NCBI GenBank assembly: GCA_965208805.1
Contig: OZ242355.1
Coordinates: 181,577-245,576 of the forward strand
Source: Acidimicrobiales bacterium
GTDB lineage: Bacteria; Actinomycetota; Acidimicrobiia; Acidimicrobiales; Bin134
Length of the DNA: 64,000 nucleotides
Direction: 5' to 3'
Shown: one piece after another, positions 40,455 to 49,619 of the stretch
Layout of the letters: each line of letters opens with the position of its first letter
Numbering within the stretch: position 1 is the first letter of the stretch
Position numbers and translations under genes: made by a program
Notes under the pieces: generated by a model
Seen by the model: only the letters and a program-made list of their open reading frames with translations
Database searches by the model: none
Told to the model about the DNA's origin: nothing

Positions 40455-41456
40455 TCAGTACATGATGGTGCGGGTTAGGTGGTGGGGCCAGAAGGTGGCG
40501 TGGTACGCCTTCCAGAGCCGGAAGTCGACCTGGGGGACCACTAGCGATTGCGAGGGTGGGCGAATCCGGTTGATGGCGTCGGTGAGTAGGGCGGTGGCAT
40601 ACAAAGTGTGGGCCCGGATCTCCACTTCCTCGGGACTGCCGGCGGGGATCAGCTCGCCTCGGTCGATGGCAGCTTCCATCTCTGGGGAGTAAGACAAAAT
40701 GCCCATCAGTCGCAGGGCGACGGGGACGATGTAGTCGGCGAACGCCGTCATCCGATCCAGATCGGCGACTGCGAATTCACCCCCGCTGGCCAGCGCCATG
40801 TGCAATTGCCAGAGCCAAAGTTGGGCCAGCTTGTGCAGCTGGACCTCGTGGCCGTCATGGGTGGTGACGTCGTTGAACCTTGGGAACTCCACCACCAGAC
40901 GCTCCAGCAGGCCGTTTCCCTCGGCGTACATGGCCGGCTCACAATCGGCCACGAACCGGTGGGCACTGCCGTCGTAGCGCTCGGCCAAGGTGCGGCCCGC
41001 CGCGTTGAGTATCTCGACCCGCTCATCCAGCATGGGGATTTCTATGTTCCCGCTGAACACGCGGCCCAATTCGGATCGATTGATCTCGGCCAGGTAGGCA
41101 CCATCGGTCAGCGCCACGCCATCGTCCAGCGCCTGGGCAACGCAGGCGAACATGCCCTCGCTGTCCGACCAGGTGCGGCCCCGATAATCGGCGGCGAACT
41201 TCACCCCCGAGTCGAAGTCGGTGAAGGCGAAGTTCATGACTGCATAGAAGAAGGAGACATCAATGATCTCCGCCGGGTCGGTCCGGTCGCTGAAGGCACC
41301 GTCCACCGGGCCAGATGGAAAGGCGAACTCCTCAAAGGCCATCCACGAGGCCACTTTCTCGATGGCCTCGACCAAGGTGTGGACGTGTCGAGAGCGATCG
41401 ACCACCCCGAGCACCGAACGCAACACCGGCGAGGACCACACTGGGGATTCGGGCAT
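40455..41456 (-). CDS. Queuosine salvage protein (QNG1/DUF2419 family)
   Basis: MNFAF, PMLDER, FPRFND, KLAQL, FADYIVP, EEVEIRA, DFRLW motifs. Confidence 0.85.
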   Translation of the reverse strand: MPESPVWSSPVLRSVLGVVDRSRHVHTLVEAIEKVASWMAFEEFAFPSGPVDGAFSDRTDPAEIIDVSFFYAVMNFAFTDFDSGVKFAADYRGRTWSDSEGMFACVAQALDDGVALTDGAYLAEINRSELGRVFSGNIEIPMLDERVEILNAAGRTLAERYDGSAHRFVADCEPAMYAEGNGLLERLVVEFPRFNDVTTHDGHEVQLHKLAQLWLWQLHMALASGGEFAVADLDRMTAFADYIVPVALRLMGILSYSPEMEAAIDRGELIPAGSPEEVEIRAHTLYATALLTDAINRIRPPSQSLVVPQVDFRLWKAYHATFWPHHLTRTIMY

Positions 41457-41530
41457 GTCTGACCCCTCCTCGTCGCATCATCGTAATGCCAGTCGTTACG
41501 ATTTTGACCGGTTCGTATTGAGGGACATAC

Positions 41531-42310
41531 ATGGATTCGGTTCGCTTCAGCTTTGACGGACACCAGGCCCTGGCCGCGTTCACGGGTCGTGAAGGTGGTG
41601 TGAGCACGGGCGAGTGGGCCAGTCTCAACCTGAGCTTTGAGGTGGGTGACGACCCAGCACGGGTCATCGCCAACCGCAAGATCGCCGGCGACGACTTGGG
41701 CTTCGACTTCCGTGATCTCGTAGTTCCCCGTCAGGTACACGGGGTTCGGGTCAAGGTTGTCGGCGAGCAGGACAGGGGCCGGGGCGCCGACTCATCAGAA
41801 TCTGGCGTGGCCACCTGCGATGCGCTGGTAACCAGCACGCCGAATGTCCCGATGGCCGTCTTGGTGGCCGACTGCGCGCCGGTGGTGCTCTACGACCCGG
41901 CACAACCGGCCATCGGCATCGTGCATGTGGGTTGGCGCGGGGCGATTGGGCGGATCGCGCAAAAGGCGGTGGAGACGATGGCAAGAGAGCTGGGCTGTCG
42001 AGTGCGAGATATCCAAGCGGGAATCGGGCCATGCCTGCAACCGCTTTCCCTCGAAGTCTCCATGAACGAGGCCATGCAGGCCGAAGGGGAGTTTCACCAG
42101 CAGCCGGCGGTGCTCTACGACGCAGGGACCAAGCCGCACCTGGACATTCCGTACATGGTCAAACAGCAGCTGCTTGATGCCGGCGTGTGGCTCAAGAACA
42201 TTGAAGACTCCCGAATGGACACTCTGGACGCCCAGCGCTTCTTCTCCCATCGCGGCCAGTCGGGCCGGGCGGGACGCGCCATGGGCGTGGCCATGCTGCG
42301 ATCCCCGTAA
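41531..42310 (+). CDS. pgeF: YfiH/PgeF family (purine nucleoside phosphorylase/peptidoglycan editing factor)
   Basis: GGVS...SLNL, QVHG, ADCAPV, HVGWRG, FFSHR. Confidence 0.9.
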   Translation: MDSVRFSFDGHQALAAFTGREGGVSTGEWASLNLSFEVGDDPARVIANRKIAGDDLGFDFRDLVVPRQVHGVRVKVVGEQDRGRGADSSESGVATCDALVTSTPNVPMAVLVADCAPVVLYDPAQPAIGIVHVGWRGAIGRIAQKAVETMARELGCRVRDIQAGIGPCLQPLSLEVSMNEAMQAEGEFHQQPAVLYDAGTKPHLDIPYMVKQQLLDAGVWLKNIEDSRMDTLDAQRFFSHRGQSGRAGRAMGVAMLRSP

Positions 42311-42348
42311 AGTCACTCCGTGACGGCGCGTATAATCGCCCTTGTGCG

Positions 42349-42370
42349 ATCATTGCATATATGCGATGAT
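42349..42370. promoter_or_regulatory. Palindromic operator of the toxin-antitoxin operon
   Basis: atcattgcata|tatgcgatgat, 22-bp inverted repeat with 1 mismatch, ending 7 nt before the toxin GTG. Confidence 0.75.
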
Positions 42371-42377
42371 GCTCTGT

Positions 42378-42701
42378 GTGGCTGAGATTGAGGCGCACGA
42401 TGAGGTCGTCGAATGGTTCGACGGGCTCAGTCATACCGAATGGGAACGGACGGTAACCGTGGTTGACCGACTCGCTTCACTTGGGACTCGAGCGCGAATG
42501 CCGTTCTCACGAAGTCTCGGCGAAGGTCTATTCGAAATCCGGTTCACACTCGGTTCAACTGCTCGGCGTATCACCTACAGATTCACTGGTGATGGCCGCA
42601 TCATCTTGTTGACAACATTCCGTAAACAGCGAAACAACGAGCGGGCCGAAATTGTTCGGGCTCGAAAGATTGCTCAGGAATGCGCCAAGTACAATCCGTA
42701 G
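42378..42701 (+). CDS. RelE/HigB-like toxin (Gp49 family)
   Basis: MPFSRSLGEGLFEIRF, RITY, ILLTTFRKQ, EIVRA. Confidence 0.88.
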   Translation: MAEIEAHDEVVEWFDGLSHTEWERTVTVVDRLASLGTRARMPFSRSLGEGLFEIRFTLGSTARRITYRFTGDGRIILLTTFRKQRNNERAEIVRARKIAQECAKYNP

Positions 42702-42712
42702 AAGGGGTCACG

Positions 42713-43033
42713 ATGGCCAATCTGTCCAGATGGGAAGACATCAAGAAGACCAAGGGCGAACTGTCCCCCGAGACGCGGGCCGGAATCGAGCAGGATCTTG
42801 ATTTGGGACAGCTCATCTTTGAACTGCGGACCGAAGCCGGCCTGAGCCAGCGTGAGCTTGCCGACCGGATGGGCACCACTCAGTCGGTTATCTCTCGGCT
42901 TGAGGAGGGTGGCGGTGCGAAGAATCGGATCGACACACTCGCCAGGGTCGCGACTGCGCTCGACAGGCATCTCGTGCTTTCGTTCCCAGCCGATGTTCCC
43001 GACAAGCTCACTGATGCAGTCCAAGTCGCATGA
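42713..43033 (+). CDS. HigA-like XRE antitoxin
   Basis: GLSQRELADRMGTTQSVISRLE; toxin-first gene order. Confidence 0.88.
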   Translation: MANLSRWEDIKKTKGELSPETRAGIEQDLDLGQLIFELRTEAGLSQRELADRMGTTQSVISRLEEGGGAKNRIDTLARVATALDRHLVLSFPADVPDKLTDAVQVA

Positions 43034-43096
43034 CTCTCCGGGGTCAGAGTTTCTTGTTGATGTGGCTCGGAATGCAACGGCCGGAGCGATTGCCGG

Positions 43097-44488
43097 TCAG
43101 TCGGGGAGTAAGACCCCGGGGTTCATGAGATTGTCGGGGTCGAGGGCCTGTTTGACGGCTCGCAGGACGCCGATGCCGGCTTCGCCGTGCTCGTCGGCCA
43201 TCCAGGGGCGACGGACGCGGCCGATGCCGTGGTGGTGGGCGATGCCGGCGCCGCAGTCGACAGCCGCCCCCATGGCGGCGGTCCAGCAGGCGTCGTAGAC
43301 CGACTGGTATTCGTCGGGATCAGACGGCTGGGCGGCGAAGGTGAAGTAGAGGTTGGCCCCGGACTGGTAGGCGTGCGAGGTGTGGGCCGTGGCCGCGATC
43401 ACCGTGGGCACCGCACTGATGGCCTCGACGACCGCGGTGTAGAGCCGGGCCAGGTGGCGCCAACCGGTGGCCACCTCGATGGTGTCGGCCACCAGGCCCT
43501 GCTCGAAGAGTTCGGTCCAAGTGGGCACGGTGTTACGGTGCTCGAACCAGTGGTCCACCGCTCCTGAGTCAGCTGGCTCGCCTCCCCCCGCCCGGCACAT
43601 CTCGGCCACTGCGGCGGCCTCCAACTCCGCGTGCCCGGGCGGTCCTTCGTGCAGAAAGATGGCCACGCAGCGCCCCTTGGGAACATGGTCGCGGAAGTGG
43701 CGGCGTGTCTCGCCCGCGTCGTAGAGGCGCACTACCGAGGGTCGCCAACCGGGCACGATCACGCTGCGCACCGCGTCGATCCCTGCGCCCATGTCCTCGA
43801 AATGGAACGCCTGGCGCACCCCAGGGTCGGGGAGCGGGCGGAGCGAGAAGGTCACCTCGGTGATGATCCCCAGCGTGCCTTCTGAGCCCAAAAGCAGCTG
43901 GCGCAAATCGGGGCCAGCCGACGCCCGGGGAGTGGGCCGCGACCGATAAATCGACCCATCAGCCAGCACGGCCTCCACTGAGTAGACGATGTCCTCGATG
44001 TTGCCGTAGGCGGTGGAGTACTGGCCCGACGCCCGGGTGGCTACCCACCCGCCCACCGAGGACACCTCGATCGACTGGGGCCAGTGACCGATGGTGAATC
44101 CGTCTTCCCGCACCCGGTTCTCGGCGTCGATCCCCATCGTGCCCGCTCCGAATGCCGCGAGGCCGTCCACCGAGTCGAGCCACCGCATCCCGCTCAAGCG
44201 CTCGGTGCTGATCACAACCGAGTCGGGCGACGCCAAAACGCCGCCCACGCAGCCCGATCCGGCGCCCCGGGGAATCATGGGTACCCCGTGGGTTCGGCAC
44301 AACTGCACGGTCGCAGCCACTTGTTCAGCTGTCGGCGGCATCGCCACTGCCTTGGGCAATTGCAACTGCCCCTGCCACTGGTCGAACTCCGAGCGGGGCC
44401 AGGTATCGCGGGCTCGACTTTTGCGGGCATCATCGTCGAGAAGGAGACCATCGCCCAACAGTTCAACGAGCTCGTCGATCAGCGTCAT
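43097..44488 (-). CDS. FAD-binding oxidoreductase (VAO/alkyl-DHAP synthase-like)
   Basis: PRGAGS, GHWPQS, SSVGGWVATRASGQ, GSEGTLGII, HHHGIG, DPDNLMNPG. Confidence 0.88.
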   Translation of the reverse strand: MTLIDELVELLGDGLLLDDDARKSRARDTWPRSEFDQWQGQLQLPKAVAMPPTAEQVAATVQLCRTHGVPMIPRGAGSGCVGGVLASPDSVVISTERLSGMRWLDSVDGLAAFGAGTMGIDAENRVREDGFTIGHWPQSIEVSSVGGWVATRASGQYSTAYGNIEDIVYSVEAVLADGSIYRSRPTPRASAGPDLRQLLLGSEGTLGIITEVTFSLRPLPDPGVRQAFHFEDMGAGIDAVRSVIVPGWRPSVVRLYDAGETRRHFRDHVPKGRCVAIFLHEGPPGHAELEAAAVAEMCRAGGGEPADSGAVDHWFEHRNTVPTWTELFEQGLVADTIEVATGWRHLARLYTAVVEAISAVPTVIAATAHTSHAYQSGANLYFTFAAQPSDPDEYQSVYDACWTAAMGAAVDCGAGIAHHHGIGRVRRPWMADEHGEAGIGVLRAVKQALDPDNLMNPGVLLPD

Positions 44489-44567
44489 CAGGCATCTCCC
44501 TTGAATTGTCGACTGATCAACCAAAGCGGCATCGGCTCAAATCGGATGATGCCAGACAGCGATGTTC

Positions 44568-45128
44568 CTACCAGTTCTTCCAGTAGCGGGAAGGAATGGG
44601 GCCAGCTTGGTCTTGGTACTTGGAGCCGGCCTCGGAAGAGCCGTAGGGGTTCTCGGCGGGGGTGGTCATGCGAATGAAGGAGATCTGGCCGATCTTCATC
44701 CCGGCGTACAGGGTGATGGGCAGGGTGGCCACGTTGGAGAGCTCCAAGGTGAGGCGGCCGTTCCACCCGGCGTCCACGAACCCGGCGGTGGAGTGGATCA
44801 ATAGCCCGAGTCGGCCCAGCGACGACTTCCCCTCCAGTCGGGCCACCAGGTCGTCGGGAATCCGCACTCGCTCCAGGGTGGAACCCAGCACGAACTCGCC
44901 GGGGTGGAGGATGAACACCCCGTCGGACTCGATTTCCACCGGCTCGGTGAGGGCGTCCATATTCTTCTTGACGTCAATAAGCCCCTCGGTGTGGTTGCGA
45001 AACACCCGGAAGTGCCGGTCGATGCGCAGATCGACCGACGAGGGTTGGATGGCGCCGTCGGCCAGCGGCTCGATCTCGATGCGGCCCGCCTCCAGTTCCT
45101 TGCGGATGGATACGTCGGAGAGGATCAC
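44568..45128 (-). CDS. dcd: dCTP deaminase
   Basis: IQPSSVDLR, LHPGEFVLGST, EGKSSLGRLGL, AGFVDAGW, YGS...SKYQ. Confidence 0.96.
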   Translation of the reverse strand: MILSDVSIRKELEAGRIEIEPLADGAIQPSSVDLRIDRHFRVFRNHTEGLIDVKKNMDALTEPVEIESDGVFILHPGEFVLGSTLERVRIPDDLVARLEGKSSLGRLGLLIHSTAGFVDAGWNGRLTLELSNVATLPITLYAGMKIGQISFIRMTTPAENPYGSSEAGSKYQDQAGPIPSRYWKNW

Positions 45129-45679
45129 GCTCTGGGGGCGAAGAAGCTGCGAACCAGCGGCTCGTAGTGCTCAAGCGGTGGCGTGGGGTAGGAGGGGTCG
45201 AACGCCGGCATGTCGTACTCGGCGCAGAACTCGGCGCAGCGGTCGTAGTGGGGGTGGTCGGTGTAGGCGTCGCGGCTGTTGCGGTCCAGGCCTACGTGGT
45301 GCCAGAAGTAGTAGCCCTGGAAAACGCCGTGCATCTGCACCATCCACAGATTGGCTTCCGATACGAACGGCTTGAGGATGGCCGCGGCCAGATCGGGGTG
45401 GTTGTGGGGGGTGAGCAGGTCGCCGATGTCGTGGACTAGCGCGCACACCAGATATTCGTCGTCCCGCCCGGCTTTCTCGGCCCGGTAAGCGGTCTGGATG
45501 CTGTGGGTCAGCCGGTCGACGGCGAACCCTTGAGGGCCGGAGGCCAGATCCTGAAGCTCTCGCAACACCCGGTCGGCTATCCGCTCTTCGAGGTAGTGGT
45601 GGGCTGGGACGCTTGCCGCCCAGTCCTCAGCAGTGGACTCGTCCATGCGGGTGAACGTGGCTTGAGTCAGCGTGGCCAT
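45125..45679 (-). CDS. HD-domain metalloprotein
   Basis: HSIQTA, LVHDIGD, HGVFQGYY, EYDMPAFDP; GTGA overlap with dcd; TAGGCT -10. Confidence 0.85.
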   Translation of the reverse strand: MATLTQATFTRMDESTAEDWAASVPAHHYLEERIADRVLRELQDLASGPQGFAVDRLTHSIQTAYRAEKAGRDDEYLVCALVHDIGDLLTPHNHPDLAAAILKPFVSEANLWMVQMHGVFQGYYFWHHVGLDRNSRDAYTDHPHYDRCAEFCAEYDMPAFDPSYPTPPLEHYEPLVRSFFAPRA

Positions 45680-45754
45680 GCCCGAAGCCTACGACATGGA
45701 TGTCACAACGACACCCCCGCAATGGGCCGCTTTGACCACTACATTGCAGGGCTG

Positions 45755-46690
45755 ATGCGAGCGGTGGTATTTGAGGATGGCCAGGTGACGATCGGCGAGG
45801 TAGACGACCCGGAACCAGGCCACCGGCAGCTGCTGGTGGCGGTTCGGGCCGCAGGACTCAACGGGGCCGATATAACCCAGGCCCGAGGCGGCTATCCCCC
45901 GCCGCCCGGGGCGCCGACCACCGGAGGGCTGGAGATGGCCGGCGAGGTGGTGGCCACCGGTCCGGGCTGCCAGCGGTACTCGGTGGGCGACCGGGTCATG
46001 GCGGTGGTCCAGGGGGGAGGTCAGGCCGATCTTTGCGTGGTGGACGAGCCGTTGGCCATGCCGGTGCCCCAGTTGATGGGTTGGGAGGGCGCCGGGGGAT
46101 TCCCCGAGGTCTTCGCCACCGCCCACGATGCCCTGTTCACCCAGACCGGGCTGGGCATGGGGGAGCGGGTGTGTATCCACGGCGCGGCCGGAGGGGTGGG
46201 CGTGGCCGCCGTGCAGCTCGCCTCGGCTTCCGGTGCCCAGGTGACCGCAACTGTGCGCAACCCCGACTCTCGCAACTCGGTAGCCGAATTGGGGGCGCAC
46301 GCCATCGACCCAGCGGACTTCATCGATGCCGGCCCGTTCGACGTGATCCTCGAGCTGGTTGGCGCCCCCAACTGGCCCGCCAACCTGAAAGCCCTGGCCA
46401 CCGAAGGCCGCATTGTGGTGATCGGCGTGGGCGCGGGGTCAGAGATCACGCTGAATCTGGCACTGCTCATGGTCAAGCGGCTCCGGCTCTTTGCCTCCAC
46501 TTTGCGGCCCCGCCCCCTGGAGCAACGGGCCGCTGTCGCCCGGCAGGTGGAGCACCACGTGCTCCCGTTGGTGGATTCGGGTCAAATCCAGGTCCCCATT
46601 GCTAGGACCTTTCCCCTGGCTGAGGCAGCCGACGCCTATGACTACTTCACCACCCCGGGCAAGCTCGGCAAAGTAGTGCTTACTTCCTGA
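45755..46690 (+). CDS. NAD(P)H-quinone oxidoreductase (MDR, PIG3-like)
   Basis: AAGLNGAD, GGYPPPPG, GLEMAG, IHGAAGGVG, GKVVL. Confidence 0.9.
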   Translation: MRAVVFEDGQVTIGEVDDPEPGHRQLLVAVRAAGLNGADITQARGGYPPPPGAPTTGGLEMAGEVVATGPGCQRYSVGDRVMAVVQGGGQADLCVVDEPLAMPVPQLMGWEGAGGFPEVFATAHDALFTQTGLGMGERVCIHGAAGGVGVAAVQLASASGAQVTATVRNPDSRNSVAELGAHAIDPADFIDAGPFDVILELVGAPNWPANLKALATEGRIVVIGVGAGSEITLNLALLMVKRLRLFASTLRPRPLEQRAAVARQVEHHVLPLVDSGQIQVPIARTFPLAEAADAYDYFTTPGKLGKVVLTS

Positions 46691-47312
46691 CCGACAGCTC
46701 GTCGAGCACCTCCTGCTCGGACACCACGTCGGCGTACTTGGCGTCGAGGTCGAACAGGTTGGCCTCGTGGACCCGCTGGTCCCGGTCGCCGCAGGCGTCG
46801 CGCACCACGATGGGGACGAACCCGTGCTGACAGGCGTCGAGCGCGGTGGCCCTAACGCAGCCGCTGGTGGAAACCCCGGTGATGATCAACGTGTCGACAC
46901 CCAAAGAGGTGAGCGTTGAGGCCAGCGACGTGCCGAAGAATCCCGAGGCGTACTGCTTGACCACCACTACCTCGCCATCAGCCGGTTCCAGGCCCTTGCC
47001 GTACTCGCCGAGCGGATTGCCCCGAACGAAGCACGCCAGCGCGGCGACCTTGCGGAAGAAGATTCCGCCGTCGGCACCGCCGGGCTGGAACTCCACCCTG
47101 GTGTGCACCACGGGAATCTGGGCACTGCGGGCCGCGGCCAGCAGCCGGATGCACGACTCTCGGGCGTCTTCCACCCCGGCATAGAGCGGCGAATCGGGAT
47201 CCAGATAAGCCTGGCAGAAGTCCACCACCACCAGCGCGGGATGCTCGCCGAAACCCAATCGGTTGCTGAACCCGGCCTGGCGGTAGTCCTCGGCCAATCC
47301 GTCATCAGTCAT
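46680..47312 (-). CDS. Isochorismatase-family amidase (maleamate amidohydrolase NicF/N-carbamoylsarcosine amidase-like)
   Basis: VVVDF, KQYASGFFGT, GVSTSGCVRAT catalytic Cys, CGDR...HEANLFDLDAKYADV. Confidence 0.88.
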   Translation of the reverse strand: MTDDGLAEDYRQAGFSNRLGFGEHPALVVVDFCQAYLDPDSPLYAGVEDARESCIRLLAAARSAQIPVVHTRVEFQPGGADGGIFFRKVAALACFVRGNPLGEYGKGLEPADGEVVVVKQYASGFFGTSLASTLTSLGVDTLIITGVSTSGCVRATALDACQHGFVPIVVRDACGDRDQRVHEANLFDLDAKYADVVSEQEVLDELSVRK

Positions 47313-47328
47313 AGGCGCTCATCCTTCA

Positions 47329-48525
47329 TCATCCGATGACACCGTCGGCTCGAAGTTGACCAACCGCATCGTCGTTAAGTCCGAGGATGCCGCCGAACAC
47401 CTCTTCGTTGTGCTCGCCCAGCGTCGGCCCCGACCACTCGATATCTCCGGGGGTGTCCGACAGCTTGGGCACCACGTTCTGCATGGGGATCGAGCCGAAG
47501 TCGGGGCTGTTCACCCAGGCAATGGCCTGGCGGGCGGCGAAGTGCTCGTCGGCCAGCATCTCGGGAGCACGATACATCTGGCCGTTGGGCACGCTGTGCT
47601 CGTTCAGCAGCTGGTGCAGATCCTCGGCGTCGACGGTGGCTGTCCACTCGGCGATCAGTTCGTCGAGTTCAAGCTGGTTGTCGCCCCGGGCGAGGTGGGT
47701 GGCGTAGCGGGGATCCTCGCCCAGCTCGGGGCGGCCCATCGCCTCGGCCAGCCGCCGCCACACGGTGTCCTGGTTGCCGGAGATCAGGTGCATCTTGCCG
47801 TCGCGGGTGGGGTAGACGTTGGCCGGCGCGATGTTGGGAATCATCGAACCGGTGCGCTCTCGAATGAACCCGGCCACGTGGTACTCGGTTAGCAGCGACT
47901 CCATAACGGCAAGCACCGACTCGTACAAGGCGGCGTCCACCACCTGCCCCTTGCTGGTGCGCTGGCGGGCGTGGAGGGCGTTGAGGGTTCCGATGGTGGC
48001 GAACATGGCGGTGAGAGTGTCGCCGATGCTGATGCCGGTGCGGCTGGGCATCTTCTCGGGATCGCCGGTGGTGTAGCGGATGCCGCCTATGGCCTCGCCA
48101 ATGGCGCCGAAGCCGGGCTGGGACGTATACGGCCCCGACTGCCCGTACCCCGAAACCCGGGTGATGATCAACCGGGGGTTGACGGCGTGGAGCTCCGCAG
48201 GCGACAGGCCCCATTTCTCCAGCGTGCCGGGGCGGAAGTTCTCCACCAGCACATCGGCATTGGCCGCCAGTTGGCGCACCAGATCCTGGCCGGCGGCCTC
48301 CCGCAGGTTGATGGTGACCGACTTCTTCCCCCGGCCTACCACCGGCCACCACAGCGACTTGCCGTCGGCCTTCTCCTGGCCCCACACCCGCATGGGGTCG
48401 CCGGTGCCCGGCGGCTCCACCTTGATCACCTCAGCACCGTGGTCGGCCAGCTGCTGGCCGCAGAACGGCCCGGCCAGCAGGGTTCCCATTTCGATCACCC
48501 GGATATCGGTCAAAGCGCCAGACAT
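47329..48525 (-). CDS. CaiB/BaiF family III CoA transferase
   Basis: LAGPFC, GAEVIKVEPP..GD, RGKKS, ENFRPG, SGYGQSGP. Confidence 0.93.
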   Translation of the reverse strand: MSGALTDIRVIEMGTLLAGPFCGQQLADHGAEVIKVEPPGTGDPMRVWGQEKADGKSLWWPVVGRGKKSVTINLREAAGQDLVRQLAANADVLVENFRPGTLEKWGLSPAELHAVNPRLIITRVSGYGQSGPYTSQPGFGAIGEAIGGIRYTTGDPEKMPSRTGISIGDTLTAMFATIGTLNALHARQRTSKGQVVDAALYESVLAVMESLLTEYHVAGFIRERTGSMIPNIAPANVYPTRDGKMHLISGNQDTVWRRLAEAMGRPELGEDPRYATHLARGDNQLELDELIAEWTATVDAEDLHQLLNEHSVPNGQMYRAPEMLADEHFAARQAIAWVNSPDFGSIPMQNVVPKLSDTPGDIEWSGPTLGEHNEEVFGGILGLNDDAVGQLRADGVIG

Positions 48526-48592
48526 GATTCTCCCCCGCGGCCCTTTCTGGTCAGAGTCCTTCGCATGATTCTCCAATATGCTCGGATTTACC

Positions 48593-49495
48593 GTGAGCGA
48601 GCGCATTCAAATCGTCGAAGTGGCCCCCCGGGACGGCTTGCAGGCCGACCCCGCCGACCTCAGCACCGAACAAAAGGTCGAGCTCATCGAGCGGCTGGCC
48701 GCGGCTGGCCACACTCGCATCGAGGCCACCAGCTTCGTCAGCCCCAAAGCGGTGCCCAAGATGGCCGACGGCGATGCGGTCATGGCCGGTGTGCCCCGGT
48801 CGGCCGAGGTGAGTTACAGCGCGCTGGCTCTCAACCAGCGGGGGGTGGACCGGGCCATCGCCGCCGGGGTCGACGAGGTTTGCGGGGTGGTGGTGGCCAC
48901 CGAGGCGTTCTCCCAGGCCAACCAGCGGGCCACGGTGGCCGAGTCGGTGCAGCGGTGGCGAGACATCAGCAATGCCGCTCGGGCCTCTGGCGTCAAGACC
49001 GCGGTCACCGTTTCTGCGGTGTGCGGATGCCCGTACGAGGGGCGGGTGGCCGCTGAGAGCGTGCTTGACATCGTGGGCGAACTGGCCGAGACCCAGCCCG
49101 ACGAGCTGGCCCTGGCTGACACCATCGGAGCCGGGGTTCCCACCCAGGTGGCCGACCTGTTTGCCGGGGCCCGAGAGCGGGCGCCCGGTATCGCGCTGCG
49201 GGGACACTTCCACAACACCCGCAACACCGCGCTGGCCAACATCGCCGCGGCAATCGACACCGGCGTGCGGGTGTTCGACTCCAGCCTCGGCGGGGTCGGC
49301 GGGTGTCCGTTCGCTCCCAAGGCCACCGGCAACGTGGCCACCGAAGACGTGGTGTATCTGGTGCATGAGATGGGCTATGACACCGGGCTCGACCTCGACG
49401 CGCTCATCGACACGACCGTTTGGCTGGAGAGCCAACTCGGTCACGACGTGCCCAGCCTGGTGGCGAAGGCCGGGGGATTTCCCACTCCGAAGTGA
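48593..49495 (+). CDS. HMG-CoA lyase family (DRE-TIM) C-C lyase
   Basis: EVAPRDGLQ, SFVSPKAVPKMAD, LADTIG, HFHNTR, GGCPFAP.ATGNVATED. Confidence 0.92.
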   Translation: MSERIQIVEVAPRDGLQADPADLSTEQKVELIERLAAAGHTRIEATSFVSPKAVPKMADGDAVMAGVPRSAEVSYSALALNQRGVDRAIAAGVDEVCGVVVATEAFSQANQRATVAESVQRWRDISNAARASGVKTAVTVSAVCGCPYEGRVAAESVLDIVGELAETQPDELALADTIGAGVPTQVADLFAGARERAPGIALRGHFHNTRNTALANIAAAIDTGVRVFDSSLGGVGGCPFAPKATGNVATEDVVYLVHEMGYDTGLDLDALIDTTVWLESQLGHDVPSLVAKAGGFPTPK

Positions 49496-49510
49496 TCTCC
49501 TGAGGCCAGC

Positions 49511-49619
49511 GCGGGGAACGCTCATGTCGGCCTCTTTTGGTATTGCCTCTCCTGTTCCAGTGTGCTGTCTGGCCCACTCCCAGCGGGGAACGCTCATGTC
49601 GGCCTCTTTTGGTATTGCC
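49511..49619. repeat. 37-bp direct repeat (period 72) duplicating the amidohydrolase stop region
   Basis: gcggggaacgctcatgtcggcctcttttggtattgcc at 49511-49547 and 49583-49619. Confidence 0.95.

Noticed and set aside
42349-43033. HigBA module as a novel system
   Set aside because: Standard toxin-first RelE/XRE pair with a typical palindromic operator
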